A DNA stretch of 58,507 bases, filler included, from Dugesia japonica (Eukaryota): assembly GCA_001938525.1 (NCBI GenBank). It is 6 parts of 6 records of this genome, joined end to end, with 100 filler letters (N's around TTAATTAATTAA, not from the genome) between each part and the next. Parts side by side here need not be neighbours in the genome. Positions count along the whole stretch, not along the records: positions 37,849 to 48,671 come from MQRL01532653.1; positions 48,772 to 58,507 come from MQRL01255510.1; 4 more parts are not named here. One strand, written 5' to 3'. Positions within the stretch are counted from its first letter, which is position 1. Every line of letters begins with the position of its first letter. Both the position numbers and the translations under genes were made by a program. Of this stretch, positions 38,784-51,336 are shown one piece after another. A model generated the notes under the pieces. It did not search any database, had not been told where the DNA came from, and saw nothing but the letters and a program-made list of their open reading frames with translations.

Positions 38784-39258
38784 TTCTCGATCTTTAGCCG
38801 ATTCAGTGAACAATGGAGAAATAAAAAATTGGGCAAATATATCAATTGCTTCAAATAATTTTTCTGGTTTGATCTCAAAATAGAAATTAGTGTGTTCAAA
38901 TGAAGTGTAGGCATTAAAATCACCATTATTCTGAGAAAGATACTTTGAATAGATGTTTTCTTCTGGATATTTCTCAGAACCCATAAACACCATATGTTCA
39001 CAAAAGTGAGCCAATCCCATCAATTCTCGCGGATCAGAAAGTGATCCTAAATAATATTAATTTTTCACAATATTTATATCTGAAACCTATAAAAACATCC
39101 ATGGCTACTGCGGATTTATCGGTTTCAATATCACTTATTAAAGTAACTTTCATATCATTTGGTAGAGTAAAACATCTATACTGCCTTTTATCAGTTATCG
39201 GCTTACTAGGTGAAAACACCTTAATAACATCTCCATTGTTACTTTTAGAATTGTTCAT
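38784..39258 (-). CDS. IDE: Insulin-degrading enzyme / M16A metallopeptidase, first two exons (39258-39087, 39046-38784); the rest lies outside the contig
   Basis: DKRQYR..LPNDMKVTLISD..DKSAVAMDVFIG|SLSDP..GLAHFCEHMVFMGSEKYP..NAYTS..TNFYF..FAQFFISPLF, including the HxxEH motif. A 40-nt GT-AG intron preserves the frame. Confidence 0.88.
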
Positions 39259-42200
39259 TTAATTCTAAAATTTGTAAAATAAATGGTATTTATTAAATTT
39301 TAATTTTTTTTAAATTATTAACAAATTAAATTTTAAAACAAACAAGTATAATATTAGAAATTATTCATTTTAATTCTCAAATGACTGTTTACTGAAAATA
39401 ATAAAACTAAAATAATACAAAATTACCTAAACTGAATATTTACAGATTTTAACAATTTAANATTAGTGATTTTAAAGTCAATGTGGAGCATTATAAAAAA
39501 CCAATTAAATTTATTAGGTAACAAAACTTATGTATAAAGGAATATTAAAAAAACTAATTTATTTTTAAAATTTTTTGAATATATTTTTATAGTTTTATAA
39601 TTACAATTATTGTGAGAATAATTGTTGGACTTAATTATTGATCGCATTTGAGATTTCATTAAAATAATTTATATTATTTTAATAAAATAGTTTTATAGGA
39701 AGTTTGCAACAATATAATATTCATCAGAAATTAATTGTGAAAAATATTAACTAATAAAAATAAATTTTATGGAGAAATTAATAGTTTCGACATTGAAAAT
39801 AAAATTACTTTGAAGATTTTCCCAATCTTTTGGCACCAGTAAATATCAGTGCAATTACAAAAAGGATATTACTAGGAAATTCCAATTACTCGAATTTTAG
39901 ATTATCTGGGTAACCGGTTAGTTCATAGTTTAACTATCCGAATAATCGAGTCCCGGTTAAAAATACTTTGATAGAAGTACGTAAGTAACTAAATTTTTTT
40001 AGAAAATTCAAAGTTCGGTTTTTAAAGAAACTAAGGATTGTTAAGTTCAATCAATGAATTAAACAATTATTTTGATATTACACTTTTAATATTTTATTAA
40101 AACTTAAAGCTTGAATCTCTACATCTTCTTCACCATTACTAAATAACTTTTCAAAAAATTCTTTAGCCAATGAATTAATTACATATTTTGATGAATATAT
40201 AAAGTGTTCATTAGACTGGGAATAAAAACCAGTTTGCAAAAACAAAATTAAAGAGACTATTTTTGTTTCTTCTTTCATCAAATCGCGCTTTTAAGTATTT
40301 CTTTATTTAAGCTACAAGATCATTATTTGCTTCTTGTAGCTTGTTGAAAAGAAATATCACAAACTCCTCCAGGTTTCATTAAATTTCTGTCTTCTTAGCT
40401 CAACTCATTTACAGCTAACTCTATAGATTGTAAAACTTCCAATCTTTTCTTCACGACATTAATATATTCATCTCAATACATTTATTTGCCCAGCTATAAT
40501 AAATGTTTGTTAAATAATTTATTCAATTTTAAGAAACGGTTTACTATGGGTATAATAGAATTCCAACGAGTCCTGCAGTCCAGAAGTAACCGTAACTTTA
40601 TACCTTCCTGTTCTAAAATATGTTTTAGTAGAATGCTGTTCTTAATGTTGAGATGTCTTTGGGATTTCGCAATGGCAAATCAACAAGATCGTGAGTTTAG
40701 TCTCGAAGATTTTAAATNTGAAATCCAATTATATCGTATACTTATATATGTTCTTCTTTAATATGTTTAATATAGATATAATAATATCGTATAAATAAGC
40801 TATATAGTATTCCTTATATAATTAACAAAAATTACTTTAAAAAAATTTTATTGTATAGTAACAAATGTTTACAAAATTATTTACTCAAATTTTAACAAAT
40901 TTTCTAGTTAAGATTTTTATCTCTTGATCTGCAGCTATAGAAGCTTTAGATCTTATAACAAGATTTTGAAAGAGGGTGGTAAAAATGAAATTAGGCTCTC
41001 TATTTATACTAGAGAGGTATGCATGCACATTATGGTAATTCATAAAAATATTATAAATATTTACTAAAATATTACAGTAATTCTTTAGAAATTTATAAAT
41101 ATTTATAAAAATTTTCATTTCTTTATTAAATTTTCAGTATTTACATAATCAATAATCTGAATAACTAAAGTTATACTTTCTGTCTTCTTAGCTCAACTCA
41201 TAAAATTATAACAATAAATAAAATTATAACCACGAAGCACAATATGAAGCGTAATTTGTAAACATCATAAATAGAAAATTTATAATTAATAAAATTGAAC
41301 ACCATAACATACTAAATTATACATTATACATAAATATTTTTAAAAAATTTGTAGAAAGTCAGGCTGATACAAAAAGTCAATAAAATTCGTAAATTAATAT
41401 AAAGTCAGTATGGCTTGAATTGTTTGATCCACTGATTTCTGATGATTTTTTATCTGAGCAGCCGAAGTTACTGGATTATCATGTGTTTGTATGTGTGTGT
41501 TTGATGTTAATATTTTTATTTTATGAGCTTTCCTCAACACTAATACTAGATTTTTAAAATAATTTATTATTTTTCTTGTCTCACCAAAAACGATTCTAAT
41601 TTCTCTGTGTATTGGCGCCACTTGCAATTCATTTTCAATTTCAAGATTTAAATTGGCATCTACAATATAATTGCTATTTTTAGTGATACTACTGGCATCT
41701 TCACCATAATCTATACTATCGTATTTATAGTCATCATAATAATTATTACTTGACTCTTCATCATCTCTTATTGTATTATTTTTATTATAGAACACATCAG
41801 TTACACCAAAATAAATTCCATGGTTCACACATAATTGACACACCGCCTCAATATTCTTACCACATCTCACTATTAATGCAGCTTCATCATTAGTACAGGC
41901 TATGATATCAGAAACTAAATTAATCCACAATTCTTTTAGCTTTTCTGTTACTAACGTAATAGTGGCATCTGAATCATAAGACCCTATATGAGGAACAATA
42001 CCAAGAACATATGATGTAGCAAATGCGTGGAGCGTAACATTCATATACCTTCTCATATTGATGTCACTCCATTTGTCTGCAGTTATACTAAATCTGTTTC
42101 AGATTTGAGTTAAAGCAATGAAGAAGTTATTATGTCAGTTTTTTGTCTTCATATAACTGCATTATATATTTGATAACTGTTGTTTCATTTTTCGGCATAT

Positions 42201-42339
42201 TATAACCGTGACTATATACAAAACCTTTGATGGCTTCAGAGGACGCTAATCCTTTTATTCTAAACCCGTCATTTGCAGCAATTCTCACCAATATTTCATT
42301 AAGTAAAAAATAAGTAACATCATTTAAAATAAAACTTTA

Positions 42340-42380
42340 TTGTTATATATTTCGACGGATTAACAGTCATCATCAGACAA
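42340..42380 (-). ncRNA. Second hammerhead copy in the inverted pseudo-LTR
   Basis: Reverse complement ttgtCTGATGAtgactgttaatccgtcGAAAtatataacaa, with one mismatch in stem II. Confidence 0.75.
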
Positions 42381-43461
42381 AAATGAAATAAATGAGTTTA
42401 TTCAGTCTGTATTATTCAAACAAAGATTAATGCAATTATACTGAATAGATATATAAAATATAATAAANAATTTCTAAATTCATTAACTTCGCAGACAATT
42501 GACAAAATATTGGTTGGTAATAATATTGATTTCGATAAAAAGACTAAAACTGTATTGAATAATCCTGAACCTGATAACATTTTATCAAATTGTATTGAAC
42601 CATTTGTTTTATAGATTTCTTATTCTGAAGGTTTTAAAAAGTTTAAGAATTCGATTTTGAAAGCTGCTTAGGATCTTCCTTTATTCAAAATTGTCTCTTA
42701 TTCACATAAGATTGTTAATAGCTTTGTTAATAAATCTCATACACCAATTTGTTTGTGTTCTAACCTTTTTTTATCAATTTAAATGTAATAGGGGTGATGC
42801 CACATACATTGGAGAGACTACCCGTCATCTCTGTACAGCGGTTCAAGAGCATAATCGTTTTGGTGGTGGTAGTAATATTGCTGAGCATAAAAATAAAAGA
42901 AATTGCAATGAGAATGTTAAAAATTTAATTTTTTAAAATTTTGTCTAAGCAATTTAAGAATTACTGGAAGAGAGTGTTGTATGAGGCGTTAATGATTAGA
43001 TTTCATAATCCAAATATTAATGTACAGGCAGCTCATTCAACTAAATCAATTAAAAAATTTTAAAAGAATTTTTGGATATAAAGTAATTTTTCAATTTTTA
43101 TTGAAATCATAATTTATTTTCAAATTTTTTTTATAGGTTTTTGTATTTTATTTTTTAAAGATAATTTTAAAAAATTTCATTTCTTCATAGGTTTTCTATT
43201 TTATTTTTTGAAATAAATTTCAATTTCCATAGGTTTTAAAAATTTTAATATAATCTAAAATTAAAAAATATAAATATTTTGGAAAAAGATCTTTGATTCT
43301 ATAGGTAACAGTAATAAAATATTATTATATAAATTAATTTTTTTATTGAAAAGTTGTTAAGACATTTAAAAAATTAAGAATTTTAGCCGTCTTATATTCA
43401 GTATAATCGCAATAATCTTTGTTTGAATAATACAAACTGAATAAACTCATTTATTTCATTT

Positions 43462-43502
43462 TTGTCTGATGATGACGGTTAATCCGTCGAAATATATAAC
43501 AA
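43462..43502 (+). ncRNA. Minimal type I hammerhead ribozyme (PLE-type)
   Basis: ttgt CTGATGA t gacgg-ttaat-ccgtc GAAA tata TA acaa: intact core, perfect stem II, stem I ttgt/acaa and a short palindromic stem III. Confidence 0.85.
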
Positions 43503-44440
43503 TGAAGTTTTATTTTAAATGGCGTTACTTATTTTTTATTAAACATTTGCAATGGTTTTTTGCATATTTCATTAAGTATTTCCCGATAGACAAATTTTAT
43601 CATACCAAGACCATCTACTTTTAGTTTTTGTGAAACAAAATTGTTAATTTCATCGTTTTTATTTTTTGAGAAAAAAATGTTGTAATCATGCCAATAGTAT
43701 TAGATTATTGGTGTCAGATAATAGTTTGATATGTACTGAATAGTCTTTGTCATAAGATTGGTTGTACCAAAATAAATTTTTCAATAAAAGAACACTAGAG
43801 TGCTGTACCAGTCATAAAAATGACATATAAGTCAAGTTTGTCTAGAGAAGAAGCAACGTAGACTTGTGTCAAATTAGGTGTAAGAGATGTCTCAATTTTG
43901 GACATATAGAGTGCTACACAAAATTAACAGGATACTGAGAAATTCGTGAATGCTGACGGGAAACGAAGCAAATATAAACAAATACATCGGCAAATATATT
44001 TCAATTGAAAAGAAGTACTACTAATACTAATACTACTAATATTATTATTATAAGAATAAAATATAATTCTATGTATTGCATTTATTTCAACTTTTTAATA
44101 ATTGTATTTGTTTCTACAAATAAATCTGGCTTAAATTTTATATTTTACTTTCATTAATAGCCACAAAATGTTTCATTAATCATCAAGATTCAACAGATTT
44201 ATTAAAAAAATTTATAAATAACTATTTTACTTTCAGTATTTGATTTCAGTTTACATTTGTGCTAATATAATTTTACACACATAATTTTATCCAATTTTAC
44301 ACACATGTGAATGTAATTTTGAGCAATCATCTAACAAAATTTAATTATGAAATATGAAAATGCAAAAACATTTTATTAGAAATAGAATATTATTGACTTT
44401 TTCAAGCCTTAATTGATTTCATCAATTTATTAATTATCTA

Positions 44441-45589
44441 ATGCAACAATTAAATGCAGATGTTCCAACTGGATTTTTTGAAATGCTTGTAGATTTGACT
44501 TATGATGTATTGAAAGATCAGCCTATTGATTTTTTGGAATATGCTTCAAATTATTTTCAAAAGATTTATGAAGAACAAGGCAGCAATAAAATGTACATGA
44601 GTCCAAAAACGGATGAATCTGACTCTTTTGTCGATTCTTTACTTGCTAGTTTGGATCAAATCGATTCAGATGATATTGAAGTTAAACCGAAAGCTAATTT
44701 TCGTCGTAAAAGTGTTGCGGCAGAGCGTATAGATATGGATGAATTAGAAGACGATGAAGAGATTTATGCAACTATACCAAAAACAGATATTCAACGACAG
44801 CGTTTAAAAAATGTTTGCCAACAAATTGTATTGTTTCAAAGTTTAGATGACGAACAAATAAATCATGTTATAAACGCCATGTTTCTAGTAGAACCAATGC
44901 CTGGTGAAAAAATAATTATCCAAGGTGATGATGGTGATAACTTTTATGTTATAGACTCGGGAGTTTTTAATTGTTATATAAGAGATGGTGATAGTGAAAA
45001 ACTAATTCATGTGTATAAAAATGAGGGTTACTTTGGGGAACTCGCATTAATGTATAATGCTCAAAGATCGGCAACAGTGATCGCAGAAACAACCGGAGCA
45101 TTATGGGCAATGGATAGAAAAACATTTAGATCCTTAGTAGTCGTTCAAACTTACAACCGCAAGCAAGTATATGATAAATTTTTGAAGCAGTTTCCAATAT
45201 TTCAAGAAATGACAGCTAGTGAAAGAATGAATGTTGCCGATGCTCTAGTACCAAAAAAATACGACGACAAAGAAATTATTATAAAACAAGGAAAACCAGG
45301 ACAGGAAATGTTTTTTATAGAGACTGGAGAAGTTTTAATTACCAAGATCCATCAAGGTAAAGAAATAGAAATAACTCGCCTTCATAACGGTCAATATTTT
45401 GGAGAACTTGCCTTATTGTCTAATCAGGCTCGACAAGCATCAGCGCATGCTGTAGGTACTACAAGATGCGCAATGTTAGACGTGAAAACCTTTGAAAGAT
45501 TGATGGGACCTTGTTTAGAAATAATGAAACGAAACATTCAAGATTATACTACTCAATTAGGCGAGTTATTCGGAACAGATATTAACTAG
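44441..45589 (+). CDS. PRKAR2: cAMP-dependent protein kinase type II regulatory subunit (382 aa, intronless CDS)
   Basis: RIIa docking domain (VPTGFFEML...QPIDFLEYASNYF), inhibitor site RRKSV, and two CNB domains (QGDDGDNFYVI..FGELALMYNAQRSATV; FGELALLSNQARQASA). Confidence 0.95.
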   Translation: MQQLNADVPTGFFEMLVDLTYDVLKDQPIDFLEYASNYFQKIYEEQGSNKMYMSPKTDESDSFVDSLLASLDQIDSDDIEVKPKANFRRKSVAAERIDMDELEDDEEIYATIPKTDIQRQRLKNVCQQIVLFQSLDDEQINHVINAMFLVEPMPGEKIIIQGDDGDNFYVIDSGVFNCYIRDGDSEKLIHVYKNEGYFGELALMYNAQRSATVIAETTGALWAMDRKTFRSLVVVQTYNRKQVYDKFLKQFPIFQEMTASERMNVADALVPKKYDDKEIIIKQGKPGQEMFFIETGEVLITKIHQGKEIEITRLHNGQYFGELALLSNQARQASAHAVGTTRCAMLDVKTFERLMGPCLEIMKRNIQDYTTQLGELFGTDIN

Positions 45590-47059
45590 ATGATTTGGTG
45601 ATTTTTGAAAAAATTAAAATTTCATTTTTAATTTTGAGTTCTTTCTGAAAAATAACAAGATGCAAATTTCATCTAAAACTGAAAAGAAATAAAAATAGTA
45701 AAGCTCTTAACGAAATTTTAAAAAAAAATTTTAAAGCAAAATTTTTGTTATTTGTTTCATCCTAAAGTTGCCATATTTTCATATTAGATTATAATTTATT
45801 CTTGAATATGAGAAATTTTCTTAACAATATTTCATGGATACAAAGAAAAGTTTTACTGGTGCGTGATTAGATGCATTATTACTCATTTTTTAATTACTAT
45901 AGTAATGTATATAACTGAGAAAACTGAGCATTTGCTTACCGTACAAAATAGAATGTGTTCGTCTCGTGCGACTACGAAATAAAATCTGGTAACGCTGTCT
46001 GTCAGTCGTATGAAATAGATTTTTTATAATTAATCTAAAATTTAGGAAATTAACCCGCGAATTACTTTCTCCAATTTGCTATACAACCTTTTCTGTTGTC
46101 CTCAATACAAGCTTAAAATTTTTATTGGTTCGCAATATCTCAAATACTGCTCTTTATAACTTTAGCAAATTAATTAAATAATTTAAAATTATTTCGCAAT
46201 TTTTGGGGAAAAGGAGAACCAAAACTAATCACATGCACTCACAATACACTTTGAGGCACAACGCAAACAAAATATTATAAACGAAAATATTCGATTCAAG
46301 ACAACGAGCAGATCAAGCCGACACAATCAAACACAGCCAAATGATCAAACAATTCAATCCCATTGCAAATATTTAAAAAATATCGATTTTAATTTTACAA
46401 AATATTTTTACTTTACATATATCTTTAATTTTTTTTAAACATAATTTCATAAAATAATTTTTATACTTTTATAATTTGGCCTAATATAATATATATAGAA
46501 ATTATTTAAATAATTTGTATTTAAAAAATGTTTTATATTTTAAAAATTTGTTTTTACTTTTTTATAATAATATTTCAATATTTCAAACAAATAAATTTTA
46601 ATATAATATATTATAATATATAAAAAATAATTAAGAAATTTCTCAGATATTTTAAAATCTATGAATCATTCTTATATTTATTAACACAACTTTTTTATAT
46701 TTATAATAATGTATTTATAATATTGTTGGGGAATACACGACACTTGAGCTCTTTTATCAAATTATCATTATCTAAAATCCGACTGTATTCACGTCAAGTG
46801 CGTGTCTGTTAATTAACTTTTTCAAAAAAATAATGATTACTATGATTGAATCCGTTCAAACTGAGTAAACTTTATTTCTGAACACAAATAATTTATTCAT
46901 ATCTTCGGAAAATTTGCAAATTCCATGCAAAAATGAATCTACATTTATAGTATATTTTACGCACATGTATATGTAAACTTTTAAAAAATTCACACAAAAA
47001 ATATTACAACAACAAATTACAAATTACAACAAATAAGATCATAGCATACTCAATGTTGA

Positions 47060-47800
47060 CTTTTACAAAAGTCCTACAATAAAATACTTCATCGTATAAA
47101 ATTCATAAAAGCAAATTTCCAATCAAATAATTTGGTCACATCGAAATCCCATTGGTTGCATATCAACTTGAAATTTTTGCTNTCAACATAAGGTTTGTGA
47201 TTGAGCTCATAAAAATTTTAAAATAACTCAATTTTGTCTCAAAATTGTAAGTAACCTCTATATATCTTATGTGTAAAATATTTTATATTCAAATTAATTA
47301 TTTCATCTAAATTTAATTATTCAAAGTTTTTATAATGTGTTTTTAACCACCTCATCTACAAAAATAATTTCACATTATTTACGATGATAAGTGGTGTTTA
47401 GACTTCATTTTAAATTATATATTTATATTTATTGTTAAATTGTGTTTCTCTTTTAGATACACCCTTTTTCGAAAATACACCCCTATCATCATGAATCAAT
47501 AGTTTGTTTCATTATTCATATTGATATAGTATCTTTACATAATTTATTTTTACAATTTTATTTACAGTATTAAATACATATAAATTTTTACAATTGATAT
47601 GTTTCGATTTATTTTGAGCTTTTGGAATTTCAATTTGTTTATATTTTAATTTGCTCAACTATTACAATATCATATTTTCAAGATTCAATGCATTTCTAAA
47701 TTCTCCTTCAATAAACGCAATAAAGTTAGAACATATTCTTGGTGTAACAGTTGAAAGTGCCGCATTAATTAAAACGTTCTAATACCTGGCACCAATATTT
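47060..47800 (-). mobile_element. Possible IS630/Tc1-like transposase remnants
   Basis: Short motifs IFVDE and INAALSTVTPRICSNFI; heavily decayed. Confidence 0.3.
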
Positions 47801-48129
47801 CTTAACACTAAATCAAAGTAAACAATTTCATTTCTTGAAGTATGTGAGAATAAATAAAGTAAATGATTTTAAGTATATAGCTTTTATTGTAAATAGGGAA
47901 ATTAATGTTTTCGGAATGGAAATATTTATGAAGAAACATGATACTTACTGCTTTGGATAAATGACTGAATTACTATTATTACACCATAATTTACCAAAAA
48001 TTTTAATTTTTACTTATTCAATATTAATTAGATTGAAAATTACTAGATTTTCTATTTTTATGATCAAGTAAAAAAACAAATATATATTTAATTTGCAAAA
48101 TAGTGAAATATGATTTATTAACAATAATT

Positions 48130-48615
48130 TATTAAAATTTTGTCAAAAGCAATTTAAAAATTATTTGGAGAGAGTATTGTAAAAGGCGTTATTGATTAGA
48201 TTTCACAATTCAAGTAACAGACAACTATTAAATTAATAAAAGGCTTTTTTATTTGAAATTAGAGTTTTAGTTTTTCTTAGAAAAAATTTTTTAATTTTAC
48301 TTTACAGCTTGTGAAGAAAATTGTACAATTTTTTATTATATTTTTCTGAAAAGGTACGTATTCTTTGGCCGAATATTTGGTTTTCAACTAAATTCTAAAT
48401 CAAATATTTGATATTGGATTATTAAAACAAATCATGGTTTCGAAGCACACCTTAATTACAAAGTTTTAATGTTAAAACAAATTTGATAAAAAATAATAGC
48501 AAATTTTTAGAGAAAATTAACACCATTTTAAATAAAATTGTGATATATTTCCACAAATCAACTGTTGTCATCAGACAAAATGAAAAATATGAGATAATCT
48601 GTATTATTCAAACAA
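48130..48615. mobile_element. Second, more decayed Penelope-like fragment
   Basis: 48130-48210 resembles 42936-43010 (endonuclease end). 48565-48615 resembles the pseudo-LTR at 42370-42425. Confidence 0.6.
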
Positions 48616-48671
48616 CAATTTATTACTACAGTAACCTCCCGGTTAAGTACGCATATTGAATCAAAGGGTAT

Positions 48672-48771
48672 NNNNNNNNNNNNNNNNNNNNNNNNNNNNN
48701 NNNNNNNNNNNNNNNTTAATTAATTAANNNNNNNNNNNNNNNNNNNNNNNNNNNNNNNNNNNNNNNNNNNN
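48672..48771. other. Artificial contig spacer
   Basis: 44 N + TTAATTAATTAA + 44 N. Confidence 0.97.
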
Positions 48772-49097
48772 TTGGTTACCATTTCTTCGTAATTGCTTTT
48801 CCATCTTTGGGCTTGCTTAATAGCGTTTATTTTCGCTCGGTTGGCGTCAATGTTGCTCTTGATGTATTTTTCGTGGGATTGACATGACCGTTTTCTCTTT
48901 TCTATCTCCTGACTGGCTTTTTTCACCTGGATTTCCAGTTCATTGTTATAGNNNNNNNNNNNNNNNNNNNNNNNNNNNNNNNNNNNNNNNNNNNNNNNNN
49001 NNNNNNNNNNNNNNNNNNNAGTGGTGAGGGTTCGAGTCTGGACTTGTAGTATTTGGATTTCGTTACGGAGATGGTTAATTAGGTTTTCAACGTTCAT
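48772..49097 (-). CDS. Coiled-coil accessory ORF (3' end cut by the contig)
   Basis: MNVENLINHLRNEIQILQVQ...ELEIQVKKASQEIEKRK heptads; acceptor ctctctctaattgtag 7 nt upstream of the ATG. Confidence 0.55.
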
Positions 49098-49263
49098 TTC
49101 TTTTCTACAATTAGAGAGAGGAATTATTTTATTATTATAAAATTTTGACAATTATGAATATATATAATTATACATTATTTACATATTTCATGTTATTCAT
49201 TATGATAATTTGCCTATTATGAGCACATATAGTTTTACATTATTTACATAATTAAGTTTATTT

Positions 49264-50450
49264 CTACCGAAATTTTACGCCAAGCACCCTTCGTGCAATT
49301 ATTTTTCGGCACAATGGACATTCATTTAAGCTTATAGCACACTTATAACATGTTATAAAGTGTCCGCATGGTAGAAATATGGTCTCAATGGCTTCTGTAA
49401 GACAGATGACACAGTCGTGATCTAATAATACCCATTCTCTTTCATATTCTATTTGTGGTTTCCCTGATTCGAGTGATCTTTGGTATAACTCGATGGGAGA
49501 AACTACCTCAGTTCCTTTCCCCGCAACTATTTGTTTTAACAGCTGGTTAGTAGTTATCCGGTCTAATTTTAATATATTAGACAACCGATTAGCTTGTAAT
49601 TCCACCGCCATTTCTATCCTGTCACTAGACATATTCCATTCAACCCTACATGTTGTTCCTTGATTCTCCTCCTTATCGATCTTATTTATTCTCGAGCAAT
49701 TCGCTTGGTGGAATATAGTTGCTGGTAATCTTTCTATTTCTTTTAATACTAGTGTTTCCCGTTTACACGTGGTGCATTTAATAATCCTGTCCTTGGCCTG
49801 TTGAATGATATATAGACCATATATTGCTTTTTCTTTTAGATTTGGTAGTTCTTTGAATGTTTTTCCCCTTTCCATTCGATATCCTCTGATAGGACTACTT
49901 CCGCTAGGTTCTTTATTATTTTACAATATATCTTTTTTGGTTCTAAAATTATTTCTTCCATTTCGAGTTTTCTTCCTTTGCATTGTTGTGCTTTATTGTT
50001 GACATTTAAATTCAACAGGAATGGGCAGGTCGGAAACCATTTCCTATGCGCCTTATTAGGTCGCTCGTTCTTACCCCACATGTGTAGTATACCTTGACAA
50101 TATATGCATTTTACTCTATCTGGTCGTTCTTGGGTACCGACATAATAAAATCCAGACTTGGCTATTGCTTCCACGAGACCGGACAAATATTCAGGTAATT
50201 CGGTCAACGATTGCTTCCTTATGTTTTCGTCACGGTATTTTTCATCAAAGACTTTCATTGTACCATAACACATTCGTTTTCGTATAAAATTTTCTGGTGC
50301 TGCAAAGACGTTACGGTAGTGCATTATAGTTTGTGTTACCGAACTCTACTTGATTTCTGCTCGTCCGTTACTCATAACAAATGATTCGATCTCTGGGTCT
50401 CCGATTAATATTCTAACTTCCTCTAGTGACACTTCGAAATTGAATTCCAT
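49264..50450 (-). pseudogene. Inhibitor-of-apoptosis protein: BIR - degenerate BIR - RING (one stop, one frameshift)
   Basis: BIR: AKSGFYYVG..DRVKCIYC-x16-H-x6-CPFL. RING: CVIC..IFLPCGHFITCYKCAISLNECPLCR at the C-terminus. The ATG at 50450 is in frame with 50324 through one TAG. Frameshift near the A-run at ~49935. Confidence 0.9.
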
Positions 50451-50648
50451 TATCTACAAAATGTACATTATTGCCCCTGATTATTAAAATTATTCAATTG
50501 TTTTACATAGAATATCTATTAGAGATTTTACTTATATACGCATATAAACATTTTATTTATTGATTTTATTATATCTATTTATTATATATATATATATTTA
50601 TATATATATATATATTCTTCTTTTTTAACTTTTCCTCTCTCCTGATTT

Positions 50649-51248
50649 TCAGACAAAGCTGACTTGGTTGTGGATACTCCGGGTTTTGAGTATCTCTATC
50701 TCCCATTTTTGTGAGTTTATTAATTTTTTAAGGTGTTTGAGTTCTTTTGCTTGATCAGAAATTAGGTCATGTTGTTTGGCTACCAACTCCATTGTATAAT
50801 TTTGTTTTTCTGTAGCGATTTCCAACATTTGCCGATTTTCTGTTATTTGTTGTCGACACATAAGGGTTTCTGCATACAAATTTTCATTTTGCAGCTGTAA
50901 GATTTTATTTTTAAATTCCAGTTCGCTCCAATCTTGGCATTTGGTATTTAATAGGGTTTGTACTAGTTGATTTTGATGGTATTCGAGTTCCTCAAGTCTT
51001 TGTTGAGCCCATTTAGTTTGAATTTTAGAACTATCCCACAATGCTTTCATTTTTTCGTTGTGATTTCTCCATATTTCATTGATTGTTCTTTGTGAACAGA
51101 TACTATTACCATTTATTGAAGAAGTGCTTCCTGCAGGGCTACTACATAGGTAACTTGCTCTACTGGAATCCTTTAATTCATTTTGTGAATCCATTGATTC
51201 ATTTTCATCTAAACTTGGATAGCAGTTTTCATTTTCAATCCGACTCAT
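50649..51248 (-). CDS. Accessory ORF: Ser/acidic N-terminus plus long coiled coil (199 aa)
   Basis: Intact ORF with heptad-rich Q/E/L/K content; acceptor cctcattcag 2 nt before the ATG. Confidence 0.65.
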   Translation of the reverse strand: MSRIENENCYPSLDENESMDSQNELKDSSRASYLCSSPAGSTSSINGNSICSQRTINEIWRNHNEKMKALWDSSKIQTKWAQQRLEELEYHQNQLVQTLLNTKCQDWSELEFKNKILQLQNENLYAETLMCRQQITENRQMLEIATEKQNYTMELVAKQHDLISDQAKELKHLKKLINSQKWEIEILKTRSIHNQVSFV

Positions 51249-51336
51249 TTCTGAATGAGGATGTTTTATTAATTTTATATTTATAATTACATCTATATAT
51301 AGTTATTATGTCCTAATTTACACTATTTACACAAAT

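Larger units (their letters stand above)
42306..43563 (+). mobile_element. 5'-truncated Penelope-like element with GIY-YIG endonuclease and inverted pseudo-LTRs
   Basis: YQFKCNRGDATYIGETTRHL..VQEH..SNIAEH..YEALMIRFHNPNINVQ. Inverted ~150-bp arms (42306-42450 / 43390-43540). 15-bp TSD ATATTTCATTAAGTA at 42291-42305 and 43564-43578. Confidence 0.9.
40075..43700 (-). mobile_element. Decayed hAT transposase interrupted by insertions
   Basis: NEILVRIAANDGF, FSITADKWSD..RRYMNVTLH, CTNDEAA, QLCVNHGI (CxxH), LLDCRTRWNS. Confidence 0.8.

Noticed and set aside
12371-48727. Five regularly recurring TTAATTAATTAA palindromes
   Set aside because: Each is centred in exactly 44+44 N, so they are assembly linkers. 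No synteny argument was made across them.
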